DNA of 64,000 bases, taken from assembly GCA_963170165.1 (NCBI GenBank), contig CAUJGQ010000026.1, forward strand, positions 1,758-65,757, written 5' to 3'. The notes beneath the pieces were generated by a model that was not told the origin of the DNA, searched no databases, and worked only from the letters and a program-made list of their open reading frames with translations. Origin of the DNA: Chloroflexota bacterium. GTDB taxonomy: Bacteria; Chloroflexota; Dehalococcoidia; CAUJGQ01. This document shows, piece after piece, positions 8,957 through 17,418 of this stretch. How positions within the stretch are numbered: the first letter of the stretch is position 1; every line of letters starts with the position of its first letter. The position numbers and the translations under genes are program-made.

Positions 8957-10615
8957 TCAGCCGAACGCAGCCGCAATGCGCCGCAACCCCTCCTCCGCGT
9001 CACCGATGATATCGATGCGCAGCGCCCGCCGCCCGCGCGCCTGTAACGATTGCAGATCCCCCAGCGCCTGCGCCTGCTTGAGCGTCTCGAAGCTATAGCC
9101 GAGCCCGGGCACCTCCAGGTCAGCCGCAGCGTGCGACACGATCTGGACGAACAAGCCGTTGTCTGCGCCGCCCTTATGTAGCTGCCCGGTGCTGTGCAGG
9201 AAGCGCGGGCCGTAGCCGGAAGTGGTGGCGATTCCCAGCCGGTCACGCAGCCGGACGCGCAGCTCGGTCAGTGTGGATTGGGTCTGTGCAGGGGCAGGCA
9301 TGTAGGTCAGGAACGCAAGGTAGTCCCCCTCGTTCACCAGCGCCAGGAAGCGATGGAGCGCGCCCGCCAGAGAGCTCGTATCGTGAATGGCGTCAGCGGC
9401 GCGGCCCTGGGCGCTGAGGCGGATACCGTCTTCCACCAGCAGGGCCGGGGCCACAGGCAAGCTTCCCTCCGCCGCGTACAGCTTGAGCAAGCGGGTGGTA
9501 TTGTCCTTGCTCTCCTGAACGTTCGGCTGGTCAAACGGCTCAACGCCGATCAGCGTGCTGGCCACCGGCACCGCGAACTCCCAACGGAAGAACTCACCTC
9601 CCAGCGCGTATCGGTCGCTCAGCTCGATCCGTTCCACCGCATGCCCGGCGGCAGCCAGCGCAGCGGCCGCCTCGTCCTGTGCCGGATCGGCCTCGCCAGT
9701 CAGCCGGAGATAGACGAACAGCCGATCATGACCGTAGACCAGCGGCGCGCCGGCCGGCTCAGACTCGACGGGGAGAATGCCGGTTCCGGCCTTGCCGGTG
9801 CTCTCCGCTACCAGTTGCTCCACCCAGTACCCGAAGGTGCCGATCCCGGGTGAGCAGAACAGTGTGAGCTTGTCCCTGCCGGACTTGGCCGCCGCACCTA
9901 GCACGGCGCCGAGCCCCAGGCCAGGATTTCGATCCGGTGGCTGAGCCGGTGCACAGGCCCGCGCCATCGCCATCGCCGAGCCCAGCAGCCGGTTCAGATC
10001 CAGCCCCATGCAGGCCGCGGGCACCAGCCCGATATACGTCAGCGCCGCGTACCGGCCACCGACGTCTGGTTGATGCGGGAACACACGCCGAAAACCGCGA
10101 CGGCCCGCTTCCTGCTCAAGCAACGAGCCCGGATCGGTGATCGCTACCCACTGCCCGCCGCGTGGCGCCTTTGCCCAGAAGTACTCCATGAACGCCGCTG
10201 GTTCGGTCGTGGTGCCGGACTTCGAGGCGACGATGAACAGCGTCCGTTCAAGATCGAGCGCCTGCTCGACGGTGCGAACGGCTACCGGGTCGGTCGAGTC
10301 GAGTACGTGCAACTGCAGGTACCCCGGCGCGATGCCGAAGGTCTCGCGCAGTACCTCCGGCGCAAGGCTGGAGCCGCCCATACCCAGCTGCACCGCGTGG
10401 GTGAACCCGTCCCGACGCAGTTCTGCAACGAGGTCCTGAAGGCCGTTGACCTGGCCGAGCGCGATCTCCGGCGTATGTAGCCATCCAAGGCGGTCGCGGG
10501 CCACCGACTGGATGTTGGGGTCGTCGCCCCACAGCGATCCATCACCTCGCCAGATGCGGGCAACGAACTGCCGTTCCGCCAGCTCGTTCAGTGCGCCCTC
10601 CACGGCGATGCTCAT
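8957..10615 (-). CDS. pgi: Glucose-6-phosphate isomerase
   Basis: 552 aa; FIVASKSGTTTEPAAF (PGI SKSGTT motif); located between tal and gnd. Confidence 0.85.
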   Translation of the reverse strand: MSIAVEGALNELAERQFVARIWRGDGSLWGDDPNIQSVARDRLGWLHTPEIALGQVNGLQDLVAELRRDGFTHAVQLGMGGSSLAPEVLRETFGIAPGYLQLHVLDSTDPVAVRTVEQALDLERTLFIVASKSGTTTEPAAFMEYFWAKAPRGGQWVAITDPGSLLEQEAGRRGFRRVFPHQPDVGGRYAALTYIGLVPAACMGLDLNRLLGSAMAMARACAPAQPPDRNPGLGLGAVLGAAAKSGRDKLTLFCSPGIGTFGYWVEQLVAESTGKAGTGILPVESEPAGAPLVYGHDRLFVYLRLTGEADPAQDEAAAALAAAGHAVERIELSDRYALGGEFFRWEFAVPVASTLIGVEPFDQPNVQESKDNTTRLLKLYAAEGSLPVAPALLVEDGIRLSAQGRAADAIHDTSSLAGALHRFLALVNEGDYLAFLTYMPAPAQTQSTLTELRVRLRDRLGIATTSGYGPRFLHSTGQLHKGGADNGLFVQIVSHAAADLEVPGLGYSFETLKQAQALGDLQSLQARGRRALRIDIIGDAEEGLRRIAAAFG

Positions 10616-10616
10616 C

Positions 10617-11759
10617 TCATGCGCCTCCTACCGATGCCAGCAGCCGGGCACGCTTTTGCTCGATGCTGTTGCGCAGCGCTGCAAAGGAGGCGGCAAACGA
10701 CGCAACGCCTTCATCTTCCAGCCGGTCGGTGACGGCGGTCATATCGATGCCCGCCTCCGCCAGCCGGCTCATCACCCGCCGGGCGCCTTCCACATCATCT
10801 TCCAGCGTCGCTGCAACCCTGCCATGGTCGTTGAAGGCTGCCAGCGTCGCCGGGGGCAACGTGTTGACGGTATCCGGCCCGATCAGCGTGTCCACGTAGA
10901 AGGTATCCGGCAGCGATGGGTCCTTGGTGCTGGTGCTGGCCCACAACGGCCGCTGCACGGGGGCGCCGCGTCCGGCCAGCGCCTGCCAGCGCGGCCCGGA
11001 GAATACCGCCTTGAATCGCTGGTACGCCAGCTTGGCATTGGCGATGGCGGCCTGGCCCCGCAGCGCCAGCAGCGCGGACCGCTGGCCATCTTCGTCGCGC
11101 GCGGCCAGCGCCGTAAGCTGTTTGTCCACGGCGGTATCGACACGCGACACAAAGAAGCTGGCCACCGACCGGACGCGGTCCAGCGGTAGCCCGGCGGCTG
11201 CCCGGCGCTCAAGCGCGGTCAGGTACTGCTCCATCACCGTCTCGTAGCGCTCGATGGCGAACAGCAACGTGATGTTAATGTTGATGCCTTCATACAGCGC
11301 CTGCTGAATGGCGGGCAGCCCGGCGCGGGTGCCTGGGATCTTGATCATGGCGTTCGGCCGGTCGAGCAGCTGCCACAGCCGGCGGACATCCGCCAATGTC
11401 CGCTCGGTGTCATGGGCGATCTCCGGTGACACCTCCCACGAGACAAAGCCGTCAGCACCGCCGGTGCGGTCAAACACCGGCCGCAAGAGGTCTGCCGCCT
11501 GCTGGAGGTCCCGCAGCGCCAGCGCGTCGAAGATCACAGATGGATCACTGGTCGTACGGGCGATCTCGACCATCTGCGCGTCGTAACTGTCGCCGCTGCT
11601 GATCGCCTTGTCGAATATCGTTGGGTTGGAGGTGACGCCGGTGACGCCGGCCGATCCGACCATGGCCGCGAACTCACCCGACATGAGCGAGTCGCGACTG
11701 ATGTTGTCCAGCCAGATGCTCTGACCGAGCGCCTGCACGGCAATCGCGGGCTTGGTCAT
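10617..11759 (-). CDS. tal: Transaldolase (long form, about 370 aa)
   Basis: QSIWLDNISRD...VTGVTSNPTIF...IKIPGT signature. Confidence 0.9.
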   Translation of the reverse strand: MTKPAIAVQALGQSIWLDNISRDSLMSGEFAAMVGSAGVTGVTSNPTIFDKAISSGDSYDAQMVEIARTTSDPSVIFDALALRDLQQAADLLRPVFDRTGGADGFVSWEVSPEIAHDTERTLADVRRLWQLLDRPNAMIKIPGTRAGLPAIQQALYEGININITLLFAIERYETVMEQYLTALERRAAAGLPLDRVRSVASFFVSRVDTAVDKQLTALAARDEDGQRSALLALRGQAAIANAKLAYQRFKAVFSGPRWQALAGRGAPVQRPLWASTSTKDPSLPDTFYVDTLIGPDTVNTLPPATLAAFNDHGRVAATLEDDVEGARRVMSRLAEAGIDMTAVTDRLEDEGVASFAASFAALRNSIEQKRARLLASVGGA

Positions 11760-11790
11760 TCCCTGCTCCTCTCATCCAGCGGGGCATCTA

Positions 11791-12249
11791 TTACTTCGGG
11801 TCACACTCACGCGCTTCGATGGCCAGCACCTTGTCCAGACGCCGCTGGAAGCGCTCCTCACGCTGGTATACCGCCCCCAGGAACGCCTGTACCAGCTCGG
11901 TCGCCAGTTCGATACCGACGATGCGGCTGCCAAGGCAGAGGACATTCATGTCGTCATGCTCAACGCCCTGGTGCGCGGAGTAGGTGTCGTGGCAGAGCCC
12001 GGCGCGGACGCCACGCAGCTTGTTGGCCGCCACCGATGCGCCGACACCGCTGCCGCAGATCAGGAGCCCGCGCTCCACCGCGCCATCGCGCACGGCTTGT
12101 CCAAGCCGGTCGGCGAAATCCGGATAGTCGACGGCGGCAGGGCCGTTGGTGCCAAGGTCAACAACCTCGTGGCCACCTGCGCGCAGGCGCGCAGCCAGTT
12201 GGTCCTTGAGCTCGTACCCAGCGTGATCCGCGGCGATCGCCACCCGCAT
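11791..12249 (-). CDS. rpiB: Ribose-5-phosphate isomerase B
   Basis: [15 protein letters not shown]...[15 protein letters not shown]; 152 aa. Confidence 0.9.
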   Translation of the reverse strand: MRVAIAADHAGYELKDQLAARLRAGGHEVVDLGTNGPAAVDYPDFADRLGQAVRDGAVERGLLICGSGVGASVAANKLRGVRAGLCHDTYSAHQGVEHDDMNVLCLGSRIVGIELATELVQAFLGAVYQREERFQRRLDKVLAIEARECDPK

Positions 12250-12259
12250 CCGTCCCCCC

Positions 12260-13771
12260 TCAGCCCGTTACGTTGTCATCAAAAGCGTGCCACTCTGCAA
12301 GCCGCTCGTACAGTACCTGCTGGCGGGTCAGCGCCGATTCATAGCGCGCCGTGCGCTGCGGGCGCGGCTCGAACACCGCTGCCCCTTCGCTGTCCGGCTC
12401 GACGTCCGTGCGGCCAAGCGCCTCCAGGAGCAGCAGCGCCACGCCGCGGCTGGTGGGCTCTGGCTCCGCCGGCAACCGCACGGGCTGACCCAGCACATCG
12501 GCGATGATCTGCAGCCACACCGGCGCCCCTGTGGCGCCCCCCCCACCCGCCACCAACGCTTGGGAGCCGGGGACACAGGCTTCCAGCTCGCGCGCTACCA
12601 TCGCCAGCCGGTAGGCTACCCCTTCCATCACCGCCTGCAGGATGGCGACCGGAGTGGTGTCCAGATTGGCCCCTGCCAGCGTGAAACGGATTTCCGGGTT
12701 CCAGCCAGGGCTGCGCTCGCCAGCCAGGAACGGCAACACAGACAGCCCGTGCCCGTCCGGTTCCGCCTGCGCGATCTGCTGCTCGGCTCGGTCCATGTCA
12801 CCGATTTGCATCGTGCGCCGCACCCAGGCAACCGTTCCACCGCCTTCGCTGAGTGCGCCACCGACGAGCGCCCGTGTCTCATCCACGCGATAGCACCACA
12901 GGCCGGGCGGCAGCACCGCAGGGGGCGAGGGCGTCACCAGCCGGAGCGCGGCGCTGGTACCGATGTTCAGCGCCAGGCGCCCGGGACGCGCGCAACCACT
13001 GCCGATATTGCTGGCGGCGCCATCGCCCCACGCCGGAAACCACGGCACAGCCGCGAGCGACGGCCAGCGCTGCGCCCACGGCTGGACCATCCCCGTCAGT
13101 GGTGCACCGGACAGCACCGGTAACGCTGCCGCCGAAAGCCGCAGGTAGTGGAGCCAGGACGCATCCCAGCTGAGCGTGTGCCGGTTGAGCAACCCCGACC
13201 AAGAGGCAAGGGAGACGCTGCTCTGGGTACGCCCAAACAGACGCAGGTAGAGATAATCCGGCAGCGACAGCCACTGCCGTACCCTTCGGCACTGCTCCGG
13301 CACCGTGTCCTCCAACCAGCGCAGCCGTGCCGGCAGGTAGCTGCTATGCAGCCGGCAACCAGTACGCTGGTGCACTGCCGTCTCATCCAGCTCACGCCGC
13401 AGCTGCCGTACCTGGGCCGCCGGACGGGTGTCGGAGTACAGATACCCCGGAGTGATTGCCCGGCCATGCTCATCGATGCCCGTCACGGTGGCGGCGAAGG
13501 CCGCCATGCCAACAGCGGTGATGTCGCTGGCGCTCGGACCGGCTCGTTGCAGCACTTCATCGATCAGCGCAGCAAAGCGGTGGACGAACACCTCTGGAGC
13601 AACCTCAACGGCGCCATCGGCAGATGTTTCGAGCTCAAGCGGTGCGCGGGCTGCGCAACCCTGCACCGGCCGCGCGAGCGTATCGAAGAGTGTCGCGCGC
13701 AACGACGAGGAACCGGCGTCCAGCACCAACAGCAGCGGCGGCTGCGCGTCACCGGGCTCAACGAGCGGCAC
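12260..13771 (-). CDS. FGGY-family carbohydrate kinase (gluconokinase/xylulokinase-like)
   Basis: [19 protein letters not shown]-terminus, C-terminal GGGA.. nucleotide-binding region. GTG 13771 with GGGAGGG RBS; the 704-aa ORF in the track is a run-on into the upstream gene's frame. Confidence 0.75.
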   Translation of the reverse strand: MPLVEPGDAQPPLLLVLDAGSSSLRATLFDTLARPVQGCAARAPLELETSADGAVEVAPEVFVHRFAALIDEVLQRAGPSASDITAVGMAAFAATVTGIDEHGRAITPGYLYSDTRPAAQVRQLRRELDETAVHQRTGCRLHSSYLPARLRWLEDTVPEQCRRVRQWLSLPDYLYLRLFGRTQSSVSLASWSGLLNRHTLSWDASWLHYLRLSAAALPVLSGAPLTGMVQPWAQRWPSLAAVPWFPAWGDGAASNIGSGCARPGRLALNIGTSAALRLVTPSPPAVLPPGLWCYRVDETRALVGGALSEGGGTVAWVRRTMQIGDMDRAEQQIAQAEPDGHGLSVLPFLAGERSPGWNPEIRFTLAGANLDTTPVAILQAVMEGVAYRLAMVARELEACVPGSQALVAGGGGATGAPVWLQIIADVLGQPVRLPAEPEPTSRGVALLLLEALGRTDVEPDSEGAAVFEPRPQRTARYESALTRQQVLYERLAEWHAFDDNVTG

Positions 13772-13797
13772 GCATGACCCTCCCGCGTAACTGGCGG

Positions 13798-15003
13798 CTA
13801 GATGCTCAGCTGCGCGCTCTCGATGAAGCCATACTCGTGTGCACCCCGAACCGGCTCGCCCTCCGCGAACCGTGACAGCCTGAACGGCGTGATCGGGATA
13901 CTGGGCTCCCGGCCCATGACCAGCTCGGCCATCACCAATCCGACCGCCGGCGACTTCTTGAAGCCCGTGCCTGAGAAGCCGCCGGCAATGAACAGCCCTT
14001 CCACACCGGGGGCGCGGTCGAGGATGGCCTTGCCGTCGGCGCTGGTGTCGTATACGCCCTGATGCCCGTACGCGTAGACCGCGGGCTGGTAGGCGGGGAT
14101 GCGGGCGGCAACCCGCGCACGCGCCAGCTCCTCCTGGCCGGGGGTGTTGCCGTCCAGCAGGTGATCCGGGTCGCCAGCAGTGGGACCTCCGTGGCCGGCG
14201 CCAACAAAGGTCATGCGGCCGTCCGCCGGGCGGAAGTACGACCCGGCGGCTCGGTCGATGTAGACCATATGGCCCATCACCGTCTCTTGCGGCCGGCGGA
14301 AGTACACGACCTCGGCCAGCGTGGGCGCGATGTCTAAGGTAACGCCGGCGGTTGCCAGCAGCTTCGGCGCCCACGGTCCGGCAGCCACCACGACCGTACC
14401 CGCATCAATCGGACCGTCCGCAGTATCCACACCGATGACCTTGCCACCGGCGGTACGGATGGCCGTGACCGCACAGCCGGTGAGGAACTCAGCACCGTAC
14501 CGGCGGGCGGCCTCTGCCAGGGCGAGTGTCGTTTTGTGCGGATCGGCGTAGCCGCTACCCGGCTCGTAGGCCGCCGCGCCCACGTCGTCGATCCGGGCAA
14601 ATGGCTGCGCCTCGCGTACCTCCGTCGGGGACAGGATCTCCGTCTCGACACCCAGGCCACGCAGCATGGCAACGTTTGCGTGGAGCTTCTCGACGTCCTC
14701 CGGGCCAACCACGAACAGGAAGCCGGTGTTCTGAAATCCGCAGTCACCGCCAACGATCTCTTCCCAGTGGTGGAAGTACTCGCGGGCTCGGATCGCCAGC
14801 CGGGCTTCGTGCGGGTTGGTGTAGTGCAGCCGTACCAGGGCGCCGGAGCGAAACGTCATCCCAGAGCAGATGCCGCCCTTGTCCAGCACGACCACGTTGC
14901 CGGCGCCATCACGCGCCAGGTGAAAGGCGATGCTGCAACCCATCGCGCCCGCGCCGATCACAACCACATCCGCTGTCCGCACCATGACGGTCCTCGCTTC
15001 CAC
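13798..15003 (-). CDS. FAD-dependent oxidoreductase (DAO family; sarcosine/glycine-oxidase-like)
   Basis: VVVIGAGAMGCSIAFHLAR Rossmann GxGxxG; 401 aa; first gene of the co-directional PPP operon. Confidence 0.85.
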   Translation of the reverse strand: MEARTVMVRTADVVVIGAGAMGCSIAFHLARDGAGNVVVLDKGGICSGMTFRSGALVRLHYTNPHEARLAIRAREYFHHWEEIVGGDCGFQNTGFLFVVGPEDVEKLHANVAMLRGLGVETEILSPTEVREAQPFARIDDVGAAAYEPGSGYADPHKTTLALAEAARRYGAEFLTGCAVTAIRTAGGKVIGVDTADGPIDAGTVVVAAGPWAPKLLATAGVTLDIAPTLAEVVYFRRPQETVMGHMVYIDRAAGSYFRPADGRMTFVGAGHGGPTAGDPDHLLDGNTPGQEELARARVAARIPAYQPAVYAYGHQGVYDTSADGKAILDRAPGVEGLFIAGGFSGTGFKKSPAVGLVMAELVMGREPSIPITPFRLSRFAEGEPVRGAHEYGFIESAQLSI

Positions 15004-15053
15004 ACAGCCACCGGCCGCCGTATTTGCACACTGTACCGCACGGGCACGCCAAC

Positions 15054-15082
15054 CTGTCAGCGTTTTGTCAGCAAACGGTCAG
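15054..15082. promoter_or_regulatory. Three 11-bp-phased direct repeats CTGTCAG / TTGTCAG / GGTCAGG (Pho-box-like response-regulator site candidate)
   Basis: cCTGTCAGcgttTTGTCAGcaaacGGTCAGGcg; repeat starts at 15054, 15065, 15076 (one helical turn apart), in the divergent intergenic region between the PPP-operon promoter and the secreted-protein gene. Confidence 0.35.
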
Positions 15083-15154
15083 GCGCCGGGAAGGGAACCG
15101 AGAGGGGCTGCGGCCCTACCATAACGCCACAACGGCTCGGGCTAGGAGACGTAC

Positions 15155-15553
15155 ATGGTGCGACGGACGGGGTGGATGGGGCTGGCAGGTGCGGTGATGC
15201 TGCTCGCTCTCGGGCTGTTCTCCGGCCCAAGCGCCCGCGCGGAATCCACCGTGCCGGCCGCCACACCCGAAGACGCCGTCCGCCAGAGTGTCGAGGCCGC
15301 CGGTGAGCAGTACGCCGGCACCTGCGATCAGACCGTCGCTCCGCGTGATCTGGGCAAGACCTGCGTCTGCTTCATCGCCGAGCAGGACGGCATCCGGGCT
15401 TACCTGGCCGGCCGGACCTTCAGCGAGTACGGGCGCTGGGTGTTCGTAGCCCGCGTGGCAGGTGGCTGGCAGCCGGCTGGGACAGCGCTGCTCGACTTCT
15501 TCGCCCAGCCAGACATCCCCTGGCCGCCGGCCATCGATGCGTCGCACGCGTGA
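15155..15553 (+). CDS. Secreted hypothetical protein (signal peptide, 4 Cys)
   Basis: MVRRTGWMGLAGAVMLLALGLFSGPSARA signal; GGAG RBS. Confidence 0.6.
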   Translation: MVRRTGWMGLAGAVMLLALGLFSGPSARAESTVPAATPEDAVRQSVEAAGEQYAGTCDQTVAPRDLGKTCVCFIAEQDGIRAYLAGRTFSEYGRWVFVARVAGGWQPAGTALLDFFAQPDIPWPPAIDASHA

Positions 15554-15616
15554 CGGTGATGAATTGCCGTTGCCGGGTATACTAGGACAAACCCGTCCGC
15601 AGGCGGAGGCGTCCGT

Positions 15617-15856
15617 ATGGCCCGAAGTAAGACCAGCAGCACCCGGACCTATCGCAAGGAAGACATCGACGAGTTCGACCGGAAGCTGCGCCGCTTCCAG
15701 GAGTCGCTGGCACACAAGGAACGGCGGATGCTGCGCGAGATCATCACCGCGGCGCTGGACGAAGAGGAAAGCGATGTGGAGGGGTTCGCCAGCCTGAGTG
15801 ATGCCGCCGTGCTGGATGTGCTCTACCGCCTGCTGCTCAGCCGCGCCGCCGCATAG
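15617..15856 (+). CDS. Small charged hypothetical protein (79 aa)
   Basis: GGAGG RBS; high GC3; mostly charged residues with a hydrophobic C-terminal stretch (VLDVLYRLLLSRAAA). Confidence 0.55.
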   Translation: MARSKTSSTRTYRKEDIDEFDRKLRRFQESLAHKERRMLREIITAALDEEESDVEGFASLSDAAVLDVLYRLLLSRAAA

Positions 15857-16459
15857 TCAACGGCGGCACCACACCAGCAGGTTATCTCGCACTGATACTA
15901 CCTGCTCTATCGACAGCACCGCCCTAATGTTTGCGGTCCGTCGCTCAGCTTGCGCGTCCCGAAACACGTTGAACACTGCCCGGCCGCGGGGCGTTAGGGC
16001 GGCTCGCACCCCACGCAGGAACGGCCGCCCAAACATCCCCCGGGGCGGCCGGCCCGCGTGGAACAGGTCCACCGCGATGTAGTCGAAGGCGCCGCCGCAG
16101 CCGTCGACAAACCGCAGCGCATCGGCCAGCACGAGCTGCACATGCTCTGGAAGGGGTCCGAAGGCGGCCCGGCCGAGCGCGACGGCTCGGGCGTCGTCGT
16201 CCACCCCCACGAGGTCGCAGGCGCCAAAGCGCTGGACGAGCAGCCGGGCGACCGTGCCCCCACCAAAGCCGAGCAGCAGCCCCCGCCGCGGTTGATGGGC
16301 TGGCAGCATCTGCGCCCAGTAGCCATCGGCCGCCGCCCCCGCCGCCACCGACTGCACGAACCCACCCACCAGCAGAGCGGGGCGGCCACGGTCCTCGCCC
16401 ACCACCACCGGCGCTGCCCGCCAGGCGCAGTCGCTCTCGCTCAGTTCGCGTCGATCCAC
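15857..16459 (-). CDS. Spermidine-synthase-like class I SAM-dependent methyltransferase-fold protein
   Basis: LLLGFGGGTVARLL ... VGVDDDARAV ... DYIAVDLF motifs. GTG 16459 (RBS GAGGG) is proposed because the ATG 16747 start would run through the divergent gene's promoter and start. Confidence 0.55.
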   Translation of the reverse strand: MDRRELSESDCAWRAAPVVVGEDRGRPALLVGGFVQSVAAGAAADGYWAQMLPAHQPRRGLLLGFGGGTVARLLVQRFGACDLVGVDDDARAVALGRAAFGPLPEHVQLVLADALRFVDGCGGAFDYIAVDLFHAGRPPRGMFGRPFLRGVRAALTPRGRAVFNVFRDAQAERRTANIRAVLSIEQVVSVRDNLLVWCRR

Positions 16460-16563
16460 CGATGGACCCTCATCCGTACTCGAAACAGGTGGTGTGATCG
16501 GCGCGACATACCGGGCCGGTGCGCGCGTGCGATACTCAAGAGAGGATACGCGAGGAGCGGCGA

Positions 16564-17418
16564 ATGGGGGCGCGCTGGAGACTGTGGTTACTATGCGGCG
16601 CGGTGCTGTTGCTTGTCGCCTGCCGTGACGTCGATGCTGGCCGCGCCCTCCCAGGGACCACCGCCACACCACAGCCACCACCGGTGGCAGCCGAGCAGGC
16701 CACAGCGGATGACGAGGCACTGGACGTGCCGCGCATCGTGATTGCACCCGGTGTACGCGACAGCGTCAGCGAGGCGCTGGTGCGTGAGGCGTTTCGCCGG
16801 GCAGTGGACCAGGCCGAGCGCGACTTCGGTCTGCGGCCGCAGCGGCGCATCACCATCTACATCGACCCTGACAACGCCGCCGGCCTGGAGGATGCGATCG
16901 GTCTGAGCGCAAAGTACGCCATTCACCTCCGCGCCGGTCGCACGCGCAGCATGGACCGGTTGCTGCCGCTGATGATGCACGAGTATACGCACGCACTTCA
17001 GTACCAGGCTGGCCGGCTGCGCCCGCAGTGGTGGGTAGAAGGCCAGGCCGACCATCAGGCGCTGCGTATCGAGGACGCGGCGGTTGCAGAACGCGAACGG
17101 CGCGCCCTGTATGCCGGCCTGGCCGGGGATGTCCGCGCCGGCCGTGCGCCGAGCATGAGCGAGCTGCGCGCGCGCATTGCCTGGGATGCCTATATCAAGA
17201 AGGCGGGCTCGGGAAAGGCATACGGCTGGGGCAACGCCGCCGTGGCGTTCATCGAGGACCGGGCCGGTTTCGAGGCTGTCCGCCGGATCTTCACCGATCA
17301 GACGGCGCCCAACACACTCTCCCGCTTCGATGCGATGGTCGAGGAGGCTACCGGCCTGACCCCGGCCGAGTTCGACCGGGCGGTGAAGGACTGGGTCGTC
17401 GCGCGGTCCCGCGGCTAG
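16564..17418 (+). CDS. Putative zinc metallopeptidase lipoprotein (HExxH)
   Basis: Lipoprotein signal LLLVAC; MMHEYTHALQ (HExxH) plus downstream EGQADH; GAGGAG RBS. Confidence 0.65.
   Translation: MGARWRLWLLCGAVLLLVACRDVDAGRALPGTTATPQPPPVAAEQATADDEALDVPRIVIAPGVRDSVSEALVREAFRRAVDQAERDFGLRPQRRITIYIDPDNAAGLEDAIGLSAKYAIHLRAGRTRSMDRLLPLMMHEYTHALQYQAGRLRPQWWVEGQADHQALRIEDAAVAERERRALYAGLAGDVRAGRAPSMSELRARIAWDAYIKKAGSGKAYGWGNAAVAFIEDRAGFEAVRRIFTDQTAPNTLSRFDAMVEEATGLTPAEFDRAVKDWVVARSRG

Noticed and set aside
12260-14374. 704-aa ORF in the track
   Set aside because: It is a read-through of the FGGY kinase frame into the frame-shifted 3' end of the upstream FAD-oxidoreductase gene; homology begins at the GTG 13771 start ([11 protein letters not shown]), which has a GGGAGGG RBS.
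17415-17418. Convergent genes (HExxH lipoprotein and GT-C glycosyltransferase) sharing a palindromic CTAG as both stop codons
   Set aside because: Curiosity of sequence arrangement; no functional implication beyond tight packing.
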